NCBI GenBank assembly: GCA_002633005.1
Contig: NMRA01000019.1
Coordinates: 1,741,018-1,804,591 of the forward strand
Direction of reading: 5' to 3'
DNA length: 63,574 nucleotides
Source: Phoronis australis
Taxonomy: Eukaryota > Animalia > Phoronida
Numbering within the stretch: the stretch's first letter is position 1; every line of letters starts with the position of its first letter. Of the stretch, positions 1 to 13,641 are shown piece after piece. Below the pieces are notes generated by a model that saw only the letters and a list, made by a program, of their open reading frames with translations, had not been told where the DNA came from and ran no database searches. The translations under genes were made by a program, and so were the position numbers.

Positions 1-655
1 ATTATTGTTGATAACAATCTCTTTTTAAATGCTTGTTGTCGTTATCTATTTGCTAAGATTCAAAAGTTGCTGAATCCAATCGAATTTATATCAAGGCAAC
101 TTAGTTCAATGCACCTAGATGTTTGTTTAATTCATTTGTCTTACCCCACTTTGACTACGGAGACAATATCTATCAACCCGCTGGTGCTGTTGTTCTACTT
201 CAGCTAGATCGTTCGCTGTATCAAGCTGCACTATTAATCACAGGATCATGTAAAGGTTCAGAACAAAAATAAAGTTCTCAATAGCTCGAGTTGGTCTACA
301 CTTTCCGAACGAAGGAAACTACACACCTCCATGAACACATTTATTAAGGTTCTCAATAACATAAACAATTCGTCAAATAAGCTTTTATTTAACACATATT
401 AAAGAGAATACCGAAGGCCTGGCCTTATGAATACCATTATTTTCACAATTCCCACGTCATATTCCAGGACAACTCGCAGATCAACAATTCCAGTTTGTAT
501 AGAAAATTGGAATACAATTCCTTCAATTTTAAAAGACAGCCGTTCACCCTGAATGATCAAAACAAGCTTAAAAAATCACTTCTGTCATGCCAATCTACCA
601 TTACCTCTTACCAACTTTAAAACTATATTCCTAAATCTGACGAGATATCTCTCTA
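1..655 (+). mobile_element. Decayed L2/CR1-type LINE, C-terminal part of ORF2 (RT)
   Basis: Translates with frameshifts as FNSFVLPHFDYGDNIYQ...YQAALLITG, matching FKSFVLPHIDYCDIIYQ...YQAALLITG of the LINE ORF at 14053-14805. It resumes at ~2852. Confidence 0.8.
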
Positions 656-659
656 TCAT

Positions 660-2851
660 CGCCTCTTATACGGTCAACCTCACCTTGCCGAGAGGTGTCG
701 CGTTACCCTGTGAGGAAGGTGAGAAACGACGCAGCGACGTCAGTGGTTCGTCTCGAGAGTGAATGCCGCTATATTGGGTTGCATCGTTCCCGTTTGTCCG
801 AACTATGAAGCTTCGAAGAAAGCGAGTATATCGTTTTTTCGACATCCTCAAGAGCTCAAAATGCTTAGGAAGTGGCTCGGGGTAGTGAAGATTGAAAGGT
901 AAGCTGTTAATAGCAAGTATTAGGCCGTGAAACATCCTTGTATGTGACCGGCATTTCGTCGACAATTAATTCTTCTGACGAATTCTGGCTCAACAAAGAA
1001 CTATCCATATGCTCCGTTGCTTGTGCATGTTCAGGGCGCCTCTCTAGTATTTCTTGATCAGTGTATTCCGGTTCGAACGGATAGCCTGTGAAACCTAAAG
1101 ATCCTACCCGCAAAGTCTTCGTCGCCCGAGCTCTTTACTAAATCGGGATTGGCGCGGGGCGAGTTGCCGTTTATTAGTAGACGTTTATTATTCTGCAATC
1201 TTTTTCAAAATGAATTATTCTCATCCTAACCAATGCTTATATGAAACAGAAACAAATTAAGTCTCATCAGATACAATTTGTAATGCTTGAAGTGCTCGTG
1301 AGTGGAAATATTTTTAGAAGCAAGAAATGAATAAACCACTGCGTTACCGGCTTTTGATGCCGGCAACAAAGGCAATTGACGGGGCACCGAGGCCGTGTAA
1401 GCGCATGCTAATTCAGTGTTTGCTGACAGAAAGCTGTTGTGAAACAATTACTCGATTTTATACGCTATGGTCACATGTTAGGGGAATCTTAATTTAGAAA
1501 TACAATCACATTATTCAAATCATTGTTACTGTACAACCTTTGCCCTTACAGTGTGTGCAAGGGGAACCCGACATCGCGGCCCCCAACAAGTAAGTAGATT
1601 TTCTGTTTCAAGGCTAATTCACATAAATAATTACGTGCACATTATTTCTTTCGCTCACTACTATAGTCTTTTCGTGACTCTGGAGGTTTACTTCCCAACC
1701 CAAGCTGCTTTATGTTTGTGCCAGTCCCGGCGTCCACTACGCGTCTGATCGGGTTCTGAGCCACTGGCCTGGATAACGAGTCAGTCCGGCTGCGACGGGC
1801 CTGATCGGCTTCTGATCAACTGGTCGGGATAACGAGCGATTTGTGTGTTTAGATTAAAAAAATCACAAGTATAACAACACAGATCTAGGTTCTCTTGCCT
1901 GTATTTCACGGAAGAATACTTCGAATTTATCTCCGAACAGACATAAGAGCGTTTTCCCGTTCAGTGACTTTAGCAGACGTAGGGGGTTCTGAGCGCATGA
2001 GAACATCTAGCTTCTTTGTTAACTGCAAAGTACACTCTTTTGTCTGTTATGACAACAAGCAGGCCAATTATCTGCTAATTACAGACCACGTGTGAACACA
2101 GTCAAATTCAGAGTGAATTGGTTTATTCGGAAAGAATAGATGGTCGTAATTTCGGTTGCAGTTGGGCGATATTTGGGATTCAAAAATTAAACAGGATCAC
2201 CATTTGACGAAGATTCCAGAAATGGTACTGTTTTATGTTCAAATATGTAATAACTTAACTTTTCTTTTTATCCGCACAGCCCAGTCAGGATAGATACGAT
2301 CTTATTGGAGATTAGAGCAATTATCGAACAAAAGAGAGCTGGCCCTCCAACCATAAATGCCAGAATGGAGTTACTCAGTCGTATAAAATATTGGCTGCAG
2401 GGATAAACTTCCCAACTTGTTGGTGGGTTATAGAATGGAACAAGTTGTGAGCAACAGGAAAGTGTCGTAATGCCCCAAACTCCTCAGTGCTACGGTCCTT
2501 GGTAAATTGACCTGCCGAACTTTGTAGGCTACCGTGTGTCCAAATACCAGTAAATCCGTAACAGCGAATAAAACAACACCTTTTTATAAAAACTCAGTGT
2601 ATTTTTAAGGGTTTTAGATCGAGGTTTGATGATTTATCGGTGTTAAACGATGAATTCAAGCGATAAGCCGACACCAGTTACCCTTGTTGAGAACTGCTGA
2701 ACAGACAGCGTGTGAAACCAATTACGTCATTTGATAATTTCAACACCTCCGTTTGGCGTCAGGTGTCTGGTAACGCAACCGAACGTGCCGTCGTCGAGTA
2801 GAAGTACTAAATTGATACAAAATAGGTTGTTTTTGGGTGGCATTCTCCTTT
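660..2851 (-). mobile_element. Decayed Kolobok-like DNA transposon interrupting the LINE
   Basis: The right end reads TTAA-AGGAGAATGCCACCC on the minus strand (TTAA target, purine start). A THAP-like remnant (NWPA..KSVLCS) lies at ~2020-2150. The GYPFEPEYTDQEILER remnant at 907-1113 resembles the N-terminus of P2X7-ballast/KolX-like proteins. Confidence 0.55.
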
Positions 2852-3975
2852 AACTCTTATAAATTTCGACACAACTTCAGAGACCTCTCTCCGTTATGCA
2901 ATTGTGGGCAAGTTCAGACTAAAATTCACATTCTGTTGGACTATCCAATTAATTTTCAACAATGGCATGGACTTTATCGAGGTCATGGAAAGTAACTTTG
3001 ACATGTTGTCTCTACCTTATGAATCCCGCAGTTTGCTAGACAAAGCCAATATCCTCATTAATGGTTCAAGTAAATTCAGTGATGAACCTAATCTTAGTCT
3101 GCTTAAATCTGTCGTATCATATTATTATATTAGTCTGTGGTTGTATTGATCTGTTGTAAGTCAATGTCACTTGTAACTTTTCTCTTATTATTGTTTGGAG
3201 TCGCCGACTTTACCACTACACCATTCAACGGCTGACGTCATCAAAAGTGAAAACAGAATACTTAAATGAGCACGCGCAACAATCACATATTCAGAAAAGG
3301 GCATTGCACCGACATTTATACGCTGTGAAAAATAAGACGCATAATTTCCATAAAAACGATATTTTAATTCTGTGAAATTTTTCTCTCGTGTTCTCTCACT
3401 TCTAAATCACCGATCAGCAATTTGAATGCGGGTATCATGTCGTCGAGATCCTTTGACTTGAGCATTATATTCAGTTACTAGTGGCAACCTATTTTATCAG
3501 ACGATATTTTCGCGGTCGAAGCTTAGCGTGATAAAATGTGTAGTAAGCTATACTAGTTGCTAAACCGTAATTTACAGATTCTCTTTATTTCTATTCTGTT
3601 GAAATTTTCAATTGGTTTTGAGTGTAAGCATTATTTGACAAAAATAGCTAGGCTTTTCTTAAAAGGTCACGACCTCTGACCCCGGGCCTCTGCCGTGGAA
3701 AGTAGTTACAAAGCCGGGGCGAGTCGAGAAAGGTAGATCGATTCATTGCAATGTTTCTCGTTCAGTATGTGGTAACGCCCCTCGGGCGATAATTCTCCAA
3801 AATCCACGGGGGCTCTAGATAACGGGGGATAACGACTTCGCCATGTAATAATCTATATTTATTATTGTGTGTTCATTGTCTGAAGCCCGGATATAATGCT
3901 AACTGCGGTTTCCTGGTTGAATTTTATAACATTATATATTTGTGATGTCTTAATAAATTGATAACTATAAAAAAA
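2852..3975 (+). mobile_element. Continuation and 3' end of the L2/CR1 LINE begun at 1-655, with a further insert at ~3200-3845
   Basis: NSYKFRHNFRDLSPLCNCGQ matches NSDKFRHNFSYVSPNCKCGD at 13642-13974. A 3' stem-loop (3886-3917), AATAAA and an A-run end it at ~3975. Confidence 0.75.
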
Positions 3976-5861
3976 ACCCGTTTGTATATCTCGATACGCG
4001 TTGTGCCACACCTTCGTTTACTTGCATATCAGCAATCTCTAAATACTAACCCAGAGTTATCATCATGTACATTGTGTGCACCGTCCACACCGAGATTTGT
4101 CCTAGAACTTACTCCAAGAAAAAGTTGTCGCTAGGTTTGAAGGTTGTGTGTACGTTTTTTAAGCTGGTGCAACTTGCAACACGTTTGACATTTTACTCCA
4201 CTTGTCAAGATAGGGTAGTTAGTTCTTGGGTAACTTGCACCACTTCTAATACATGTAGCTGTGCGGCCGCAGAACTATGGTAAGGCGAAAGAAATTATCA
4301 GCCGTCTATTCGTATCTGCACGGAGCGACAACTTCGTCTTACCCCAGTTATCGCATATTCATGTGTGTGGACTCTTCACTTAAAAATGGGCTGAGATGTA
4401 CTAGTGCAAGTTGTTCTAGGGTAGGATGTGTGTGGACGGGATTTAACATATGATTGCATAATACAGATTCTAACTTCACTTTTGTTTTTATTAATATAAA
4501 AGTAATAAAGCACTCGATGGTTGCAAACCTTCACGAGGGTATTGCTATGTGTGCTTTGCGTATTCAAAGGCGAAAGTAGTCTCTGACTTTCAATACACGT
4601 CATCAGCGCGAACTTGGAGGTGCTGACACACAACTTGCGATAGCATAGATTAAAAGTGACTGTGGGATGGCTTCAAAACATGACACCTTTCCCGAGACAT
4701 AAGCAATTGTTCCTCTGGTCCGTTCTGAGCATCTCCTGGAAGTTTTTTTAAAATATCTGCACATCATTGTGAATAAAAAATGGAAGCTGACTGACAAACC
4801 GTGTGATCGACGTGTGATCGAATACCCAAACACGGTGTCCATGAGTTACTAAGCAGCATACAATATAAAACGATTATTGAAATTTAAACTCTACCAATGT
4901 ACTAGCTCTCTTAAAATCAATACGTAATTGTATTATAACCAATATATAAGTGGTCTCTCGTTGCAGTTGACACACACAACCCGAGCACACCATGACGTAA
5001 TATGCCTTTTATTTAAGGAACGTGTGGATATTTCAGTTGAAAAAACGCAAAGTATTAAAATTCCAAATCTTGTTATATTGAAGGTTGCGCGAGGAGAAGC
5101 AACCTACGGTGACTATAGAGGCGGTCAAAGGCAATATATAATGCTAATCCAAAACGTAACGGAAGCATTGAACTTTGTGGTAAGCAGATGGTTGCCCTGG
5201 AAATTAAAATGAACATGTTTTGGTTCTGGCGTGCCTGTGTCATCGCTTGGTAGCAATTGAAAAGTTAATGGATACATTTATGGTGAATACGCTAGCAGTT
5301 TCACTAGTGAATAAGGTAAAGAAAACGCTAAAGTGTCAGCCATACAGACGACCCGTACGCAGTTACATGTAGTTTGTTTCCAAACCACTGCAATCCCGAA
5401 AGTCGATCTCAAAACACGCTCACTCTCTGCCATCGCGAGGATAAAACAAAGTATCTTCTATACCTGCGGATAATTTTCCCTTGGAAAACGCAGTCTTGCT
5501 ATAAAAGTCCTTACGAAAACCCCAGTAGTTTGGTACATCTCAAACCTCCAACAACGCACCAGAAAAATGCAATTCATGCAACCGTTCAGATCACTGAAGT
5601 TTTTGCAGCTAGCGACAGTGTTATTGACAAAGCTAGCGTTTTGGCCAACATGTGAACATACTTCTCAGATCTGTAAAGTATTCTGTCCCACTTACGGCTG
5701 GAAGGTGTTTTCATTAAACGTCAGTAACGAACACAAGTGCAACTGCCATAAATATTAAAAATGCTTTGTGAATTTGCAGGCACATCAGTGTTTCATGTAA
5801 GATGTCTTCTTTCAGATGTCTATGGAGGCAGTCAGGCTTATTAACTAAAGACTTACCAACT

Positions 5862-5945
5862 TCAAACATGATTCTCCGTACCTGTTTTGGCCTCAGACAG
5901 TTTTTCTTTCTCTTGACCTTCCTGCATTTGCTCGTCCCGTTTCGT
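5862..5945 (-). CDS. Probable last coding exon of the ankyrin-repeat gene (TKRDEQMQEGQEKEKLSEAKTGTENHV*)
   Basis: Strong acceptor (cttgctttttctctgcag). The phase-0 frame continues the upstream exon and gives a charged tail ending in TGA. Alternative GT donors lie nearby (~5880, ~5856), so the 3' end is uncertain. Confidence 0.55.
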   Translation of the reverse strand, partial: TKRDEQMQEGQEKEKLSEAKTGTENHV

Positions 5946-8762
5946 CTGCAGAGAAAAAGCAAGTTGCAGCTCTGAGGCAGTTTATTGTGGCTTGCTAGCA
6001 GTCAGAATACAGTTTCCATTCGTGCTAGTTGCCGTTGTTTGTGAAATTGAAGTTCCTCATCAAACTTTCAGTGTTCTATTTTCATTGTTTTAATAAAGCA
6101 TAACTGGCTTATATCCATACTATGTTCCATTCAATACACGTGCTAGTCACAAACATTCGCACTTAACAATAAAAATAATGAAAATACAGAACAGATACAC
6201 GTATGCAATGCTTAATTATCCATCAAGCTAGTATTTATTCTTACAACAGGCATCTATTTTAGCAATGTCATGTTTCTTGTTTCTGGTGTATAATTAACAT
6301 ATATCACTGTCATAAATATGTAATACTTATAATTCCTTATCACTGTCATTACTACCTATAGAATGGCTTTTGATAGGTCTATTTGTTACATTAAGAAGCA
6401 TTTATTACATTAGTAAATATTTGTTGTAATTCGTTATTTAGTATTTTCATTATTCCTGGCATTTGATTAAATAGTTTTTAATGTCAAATATTTAGCAAAT
6501 GCTGTCTTCAATTATTTGTTACCGTCAATTCATTTTTCTTATGGTATGATTTTCGAAAGATATTTATGTCAGAACTGGGGAATTATTACTGTGATAAATC
6601 GAACTAACATTACACTTGACCAAACACACGTGTATAAGATATGACCAATTTCATTCATCTGATGGTAGATTATAAAAGAGGCACTGTAAAGTACATCTTT
6701 ACATGTTGTAAAGAAAAGGGAGTGTGCAACGAAATGTTGGATGCTGGTTTGAGAGACTGAATGCTGTCGTTGTACTGTGGATCACAGACAATATGATAAA
6801 AAGACAATATACTGTATGTGGTCACGGCCGGGATCGCGGGCTAACTGCTACAGAAATCGTTACACAAGGTCACTCTACTTTTATGGAATGACAATTTGCG
6901 ACTCAATGTATGTACTTGATCATGTACATGTACCTTAGGATCTACACTTGTACCTATGAATGCCTAAGCTTGTCAAATTTTGCAATTTAACATCCTATAC
7001 AGAACAGCCTAATAAACAGCGCCTAGTGGTGTCAAAAAGCGGACAACTACCTACGTTGTATCCGAATCATTATCAGCATTCACAGTCTTTTACAATTCAT
7101 AGTTAATATTGAGTGTGTGCAAGAAATAGAAAATCACTCACATGAAATTCTTCCGCGGACGCATGAACCATGATGTGTCTTGCTCACATCAGTTAAAACA
7201 AATGTAAAAATGAACTAGAACAGGAAACACGTTTGGTCACTTACAGTTGTTTTTTTTTTCACCGATTCTGTAATTTCAAGCTTGATTTATTTTGCTGGTG
7301 GCGAATAAAAGAAGGTGAGAATAGTCACAGGCAGACTGTGCATAAAACCTTGCCTAAACATGTGTCATGACGCTGGAGAGAAAATCAGGTATATTCCAAG
7401 CAGAAGAAGTATCTAGAACTATATAAGTCGTCTCAGATTTATAGAGTTCCCGGACTTTTGATAGTTTCGAGGCCCTGCAAACAATTGGCCATGTACTGCG
7501 TTTCTGCAAACTCCATGATAACCCTCAGGTGGTAGGTCCACTTGACAGCCCCGGCCAGCATGACCCACTTACAACGAGTTCCTGCATTTAAAGGTATGTC
7601 CGAACAGTTACTCTGCGGCCATGGCCAATTTGAAGTCCCAAGATATTTTAAATTTGGGGGCAGTTTTCAGGTAGGTGTTACATTTCCAAATAGACTCGGT
7701 GAATGTGTTTTTCTTGTATTCGTGAAAAAACTTGGAATGAGAAAACACAAATTGCTGTAGCTGCGCTCTTCATCAAGATGGTGGCCCCCTGTTGCATACA
7801 TGTACGTGGATTGCTTAGTCGTAACTGAGAAAATGGCTACGATTTCAGGTACCCTTCAAACAAACCATAATTGCACAAGATGCTCCCAACATAGGGATCA
7901 CCATGCCGCGAAACGGTGACTTAAGTGCTTTGACGGATTGTTCCGATGTGCCTGCCAAGCTATTGCTGTCATCCTACATTTTAGGTCTACAAATAGTCCC
8001 TAAATAAAAAACAGTAAGCTGGTTTTGCGGTGAGCTTGGGAGACTAACGCCCTACACAGACGCAGATCTAAGCACCGGATATGCAAATGAGCACAAAAAC
8101 AGCTCACTTTTGCAGCAAAGTGAAAGAGTATTTTGCTTCGCGAGGTGTTGAGGTAAATGACTCACACTTTGTAAGCTGTAGAGCTTAAATCCTCACAGCA
8201 TGTCGGGCAAGAGAATTAATTGTGCAGAATCAAGTACCGTTGGTACAGTGGGTAAGGAAAATTAAGTACATGGAATTATTGCTTTACATGAAAACAACAC
8301 TCTAGGTGCTTCATTTTAACCATGGACACTACAATAGGGATCATTTTAGAACAACGTGGGCATAGATGGTTTGATCCACACGGCAGCAAGTTTACGAGTC
8401 AATTTGAATTTATAACGGCCGAGATGAACTGAACATCTTCGCCGTTCATCGATCCGTTTGCACATCGAATTTGTGCAACACACATTACGCGTTATGCAAA
8501 TTTATTTTAATTTCTAAGGAGTGTTCATTATTAACAGGTCCTTAACTGAACCAGTGACCTCGCTTAAAAGAGGTCGACGAATGATGACAAATTATTTATA
8601 TAGTAATGGAAATTGTAAACAGGAAATTCTATGATAATGCAGAGTATGTTTACATGTTTTGTTGTTGGACTGAATTGTATGCAAGGCTCTAACCAGCTAG
8701 TAATTCACAGCAACTTTGGTTCATAACCATGTAAATTAGAGTGAAAAGATAACCATGCTTAC

Positions 8763-8843
8763 TTGAAGCACGTGGATCGAAAGATCGACGATTGGGTCCT
8801 TCTGAGTTCCCATCTTGAAGTAAGCGGCTGGAGTAAAGCCGCT
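8763..8843 (-). CDS. Ankyrin gene exon, degenerate C-capping repeat (SGFTPAAYFKMGTQKDPIVDLSIHVLQ)
   Basis: 81 nt, acceptor gttatttctttcag, donor gtaagc, phase 0/0, open frame, with GxTP and IVDL ankyrin residues. Confidence 0.75.
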
Positions 8844-9375
8844 CTGAAAGAAATAACGAACAATGTGGATTCATATTACTTCCCTAAGTCAATATTATTT
8901 ATCTATGAAATGAAGTTGCGCTCCCTTTTTAAAGAGGCATTTTACTACAATTGACGGTGACAGATGTTCCCTTACTTCTGGGTATCCATATTTAAAAAAA
9001 TAATCACGCACCATCAAGACACCTAAAGACCTGCGCAGAGATATAAATGCGAGCCGACTGAGGTGCTACCTCAAGTGTACCCAGGCTGAACAGACAGCTA
9101 ACGCTGTGTTATGAAAAATCGGGTTAACTAATGAATGCAATATAGTTGATTTGAGGAAGACACGTAGGTAAACATGCTAACTGAAAAGCATCGTCATCAT
9201 TAGTACCGTCAGCACTTACACTGTAAAGCGGCTATCTACCAGCGTTTTGTCCAAGAAGCTAACTTTTTACAGTGACACTTCTAAATTTGTTCTAAACATG
9301 TCCCTGTCTCAATTGAGATTGCTTCCTGGGTATCCAAATAATTAGGCGATTTTTCCCACAAACGACCAGCAGTGA

Positions 9376-9560
9376 ATTTATTTATTTACTATTTATTAAT
9401 GTAATATTTACAATGAGGGTAGCCTCGTCAGTTCACACTGCTTTCAATGGGGGCCTTCAGTAAAAACAGATAGTAAGACAAAAACAGAATTACAAAATGA
9501 AAGAAAAATTTAATAAGCAAAGAAAAGAAATTGACACGGAATAACTGATAAAAAACAACT
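9376..9560 (-). repeat. L2-like LINE 3' tail fragment
   Basis: (TTTA)n tract next to a GAGGGTAGCC...GGGGGCCTTC stem-loop-like segment, as at L2 3' ends. Confidence 0.4.
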
Positions 9561-9781
9561 TTTAGACCCCTGGCTTGAGCAATTGGGTATAATTAGCTCA
9601 AGAATACAAAAGTTTATATCAATATATACCGAAAGAGTATTGTTTTGATATAATCAACAGTGTAAAATGTGAGGTCATGTCATTCAAGCTAAACCATGCA
9701 GATATTGCATGCACACATGTCACTGGGTATCCTCATGTTGCCTTTATTAACGGTTTCTACCACACATGTCTGCGTACTTAC

Positions 9782-9883
9782 AGCATCTGAGAGTGTAAAT
9801 GCAGTTAAAGTTCTAGCTGCGAAGAAGTCGAACACAGCCTGACTACCCCTTACTGCGGCGTAGTGAAGAGGGGCTCTTCCATC
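9782..9883 (-). CDS. Ankyrin repeat exon (DGRAPLHYAAVRGSQAVFDFFAARTLTAFTLSDA)
   Basis: 102 nt, acceptor tttccttgtag, donor gtaagt, phase 0/0, G-x-x-PLHYAA-x-x-G ankyrin motif. Confidence 0.9.
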
Positions 9884-11319
9884 CTACAAGGAAATACGTA
9901 ATTAGTGTCAGTACAACGTTCTTTCCCGCAAGTTTTAGGTCCTTATGCATTCTTTTCTGAAACAAACTCCTATTTTGAATAGATTACATGTATATTATAT
10001 AAATAAAAGTATTTTTGATTTTTGTTGGGAGTTACCAATAATTCAGACATTGTAGAGAGGTAACAAAGAGCGTAAAAATCAGAGCTTTCGTTGCAAAGTG
10101 ACCTAGTTCGTAACCACATGTCCCAGTACAACGAAAATATTCCCAGGAAAAATGTGCAGGCATTTACAGTTTTGTAACGTAGAGTACATAGGCATCAACT
10201 TGATAAGGCACCTTTCACTTTCAAACTGTCGCCCAAACGGTGAGGAATTAATTACATTCCTAAAGTGAAACTATCAAAGTCTTCTCAAAAACTACACTCA
10301 GACAAATGAAAACAGCGGTGAACGTCAGTATTGTTGTTCCCGCTACTGTGTCATTTGGGACAACCAAGACAGTAGCATATTAGTTGCCCGTGATTTGTAA
10401 GCCAGGCCAGCATTCCGCCGTAAGCATAAGAAGAGCGCAGCAATGCAATACCATTCAAGACTTCACGAGATATCGCCATGTATAACAGACGAATCACGTT
10501 GACAAACTACTTTTCTCATGAGTGTGTTAAGTCTAAGGAACGTAACCCAAAATTGCAGTGTGGTCTAATTACTTGTTCCAACTCTCACCCTACGTTCGAA
10601 AATGATATCTTTAACACGTGTAACGTCCGTGCCAAAAATGAAGAAAACATGCGCATACTTTTCTACAGTAGCTCAGAAATTAAGTCTGTAAAATCTGACG
10701 TGTGCGTCATAAAAGAAGACCTAGTTGGTTTAATGGAGATAGCAGAACATTTTTACACTGAAATCAGATTCGAATTTCGATTTTTTTTAATTTGACGGAG
10801 AAAAACTAGGAAAAACCATGTACATTTTTACTACTAAACCTCCCAATTCTTAGGAATCGCTTTGAAATCGTGTCCTAATGACGTTTTAAAAAGTTAATTT
10901 GTCTGTCATATCAGTAGAAATAGATGATGAATGCTGTCATAGCTAGCTGTTGCTCCGATAAATATGCATAGTGTACCAAAAATTCACCCACACTTGTATA
11001 CAACGGTGGGTGCTTAAATTCAGTACCTGTGAATCAGAAAATGCACATGTGTCTACTCTACGTGTATATATTGTTGAGGCAGCTTGACCTAAAACGTCCC
11101 CTGTGGCCACGGAAACAGTAAACCAACGAATCGGTTTCAGAGAAGAAAAAATGAACACGGAAACGTCAAGAAAGCGCAAAGACATCTATTTTTCCAAAGA
11201 CGCATATTTGGAGAGTTTAGTTTTGTTGGTCTAAGTCAATAAACAACGCAGCACATGTCATTTGAAGTCTAGGTGCATTTTTGGATCATCCTATGTAGCC
11301 AATTCCGTTACTCTTGGAT

Positions 11320-12298
11320 AGGATTGATTACAGATTCTAAAAAACCCTCGACCCCCATACCCCACAACCTCCTCGATCCTCGACCACCTAGACCCAATCT
11401 ACACAAGCTCGACGAGATCTGAACATAGAACAACGAGTGTGGCGCTGACGTCGACTGGCTTTTCCCCATTTTTTGCAGTTAAGATAGTCGATTCGGCAAG
11501 TTTGAAAGCCAAAAACAGATAAAAGACAAAGCGACAAAAAATCAAATCAGTAACCTACCAACATCACAAGTAGTCTCGTTCCCTGCAAAGTATAATCATC
11601 TAGTCTGCTCTTTAATGGATAGCAGATTAAAGCTATTTTGGGAGAGTGCGAGAAGGCTACGATTATGTAATTTCTTTGAAGAAAAAACAATTTAAAAAAA
11701 ACTTGTTGGCTAAAAATTGTCTCAAAGCTACACGTTGTTTGTTGCAAAAGAGTATACGACAGAAAGCAAATAATAAATGTGTGAAGTTATGTGTATACAC
11801 GTTAACGTACTTTCTCCCAAGTTTTTTTGAGCAGGGTCATTGGCAGCGGCTCGTGAAAGTTTTTCCGTGACAACGACAGCACACTCGCAGTCAGCTGTTT
11901 CAGATAATATTCTTACGCGACTTCCTGTATTTAACCACCAGTCTTTAGCCAGCGCAGATACAGATTCTTATGGGTAAGTCTTATGGGAATGTCACTCAGC
12001 GACGTAATATGATTATGAAATATGTAAAAGGTGCTTCTAATGCCGCAGGTCGTGAGTCCAGGGGATTGTGAGTCGTGGGGTTTTGGGGTCCTGGGTCGCG
12101 TGGGTCGTAGGTCAACGGGGTAGAGAGATGTGGGAGTCCAGGGAGGTTATGAAATTTGTAAAAAGCACAAACATACCTCTAATGCCCCAGGTCGTGGGAT
12201 TCTGGGTCGTGGGTCATGGGTTTGTGCGTTGGTTCGAGGACGTCGTGGATCGAAGTGGTCGTGGGATGTGTGGGTGGAGGGAGTTTAAGAAAAACCCA
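11320..12298. mobile_element. MITE-like element with inverted GACCC/GGGTC-rich subterminal arrays
   Basis: The C-rich ACCC/CGACC array at 11340-11410 mirrors the G-rich GGGTCGTG array at 12048-12298. Related ends occur at ~29435-29540 and ~49043-49150. Confidence 0.5.
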
Positions 12299-12939
12299 CT
12301 ATTTACTGCTTGTACTAATTCACATAACAACTTTTGGCTAATATCTACCAGTTTCACACTGGGGAAGGAAGCAGTCAACATCAGTTTCCGAAAACGTTTG
12401 CCGTCTAAGCTAAATATCCCGGATTATTAGTAGAGATTAGAACAGTAATCTCATCACGAAATCCTGATGAAACTATTCAATCTGTAGAATGTTTCGTACT
12501 TCAATATAAGTATAAATGCTGTTTCCGTATCACACAAACAGTAAATATACTTGAATGACTCGTCTTCTTATCATACACTCAACTATCATTGTAGAAGGTG
12601 ACTAAGAAACTGGTTAGTAAGAAGAATTGTTTTATCGTATATTTCAGAACCTTTTGCAAACTAAACCAGTCTCTTTATTCTGAAAATGCATTTGATTGTA
12701 AAATTATGAACTAACATTTAAGTATATGTGTTTATTTAGCACTACGCATCCACGTTGACACCTATCAAGTTAATACAATTCCTTACCCGCAGGATGGCAT
12801 CGTAACTACGCTGACAATGAACTGGCAAAAACAGTACTGCAAAAATTGCTTGTAAGCGAGACACCAAGCCATGACATGAGAAATTTCAATGGAGGAAAAC
12901 GATTTTCAAAGTGCTTGGCGAATTTTGAAGTATTTTGAG

Positions 12940-13180
12940 TTCATAGCCCAGGAATCAGGACGGCCATATTACCGCCATGCCTGGGTAGACCCGTTAACTT
13001 GATGAGAAAGTGTACAGTGAGTGTAAGTGCCAAGTGTGGATTCTCCTCACCACAATTACACCCAGCACCTACAAAACATGTGACACGTAGCACTACACTG
13101 GCTCTGTGAATTGCAATGCCTGCCCAGGCTTGAACCAAAGAGACATTCAATATACTAACTTAATTCACCCCGAGTCAGCT
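12940..13180 (-). repeat. Possible SINE body/3' fragment
   Basis: GC-richer island with SINE-core-like sequence; family not recognised. Confidence 0.3.
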
Positions 13181-13641
13181 AACTCTATCAATCTGTGATT
13201 TAGCTATCGTAACTCCTATCATTGTTGGAAACGTTTACACTGCGGCACCACTCACTTACTTGGGCACCGGTCTATTATCTCCCGACATCACTGAGTTTGC
13301 TACCATTTCCAAGGTGAGTTTTGACAGTAGTCTAATGTTTCTGTAATCGATTATATGATCTTGTGTATTCAGACATTATATCTGAAGAACTGTAGCTATT
13401 AACTCAGTAAATTTTTTTAAGTGATATACATTTATTGAAGGATACACAGAACATACAAAGAAATAATAACAAACCCAGAAACCGCGAAGCATTATATCTG
13501 GGTTGTAAACAATTCATAAATGAAACTTTTATACATAGAGGTATATATAATTAATTGTATCTAAAATAAGTATTCCAATACTTTGATATGCAATTACAGA
13601 TTTATAAAAAACAAAAATATGTACAGATTCATGTAGGGAAA

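Noticed and set aside
7573-7581. 9-nt AG/GT micro-exon candidate
   Set aside because: Weak polypyrimidine tract; such matches are expected by chance without RNA evidence.
13260-13340. 81-nt AG/GT-bounded segment
   Set aside because: Stop in the phase-0 frame, and the homologous copy at ~24150 lacks the donor.
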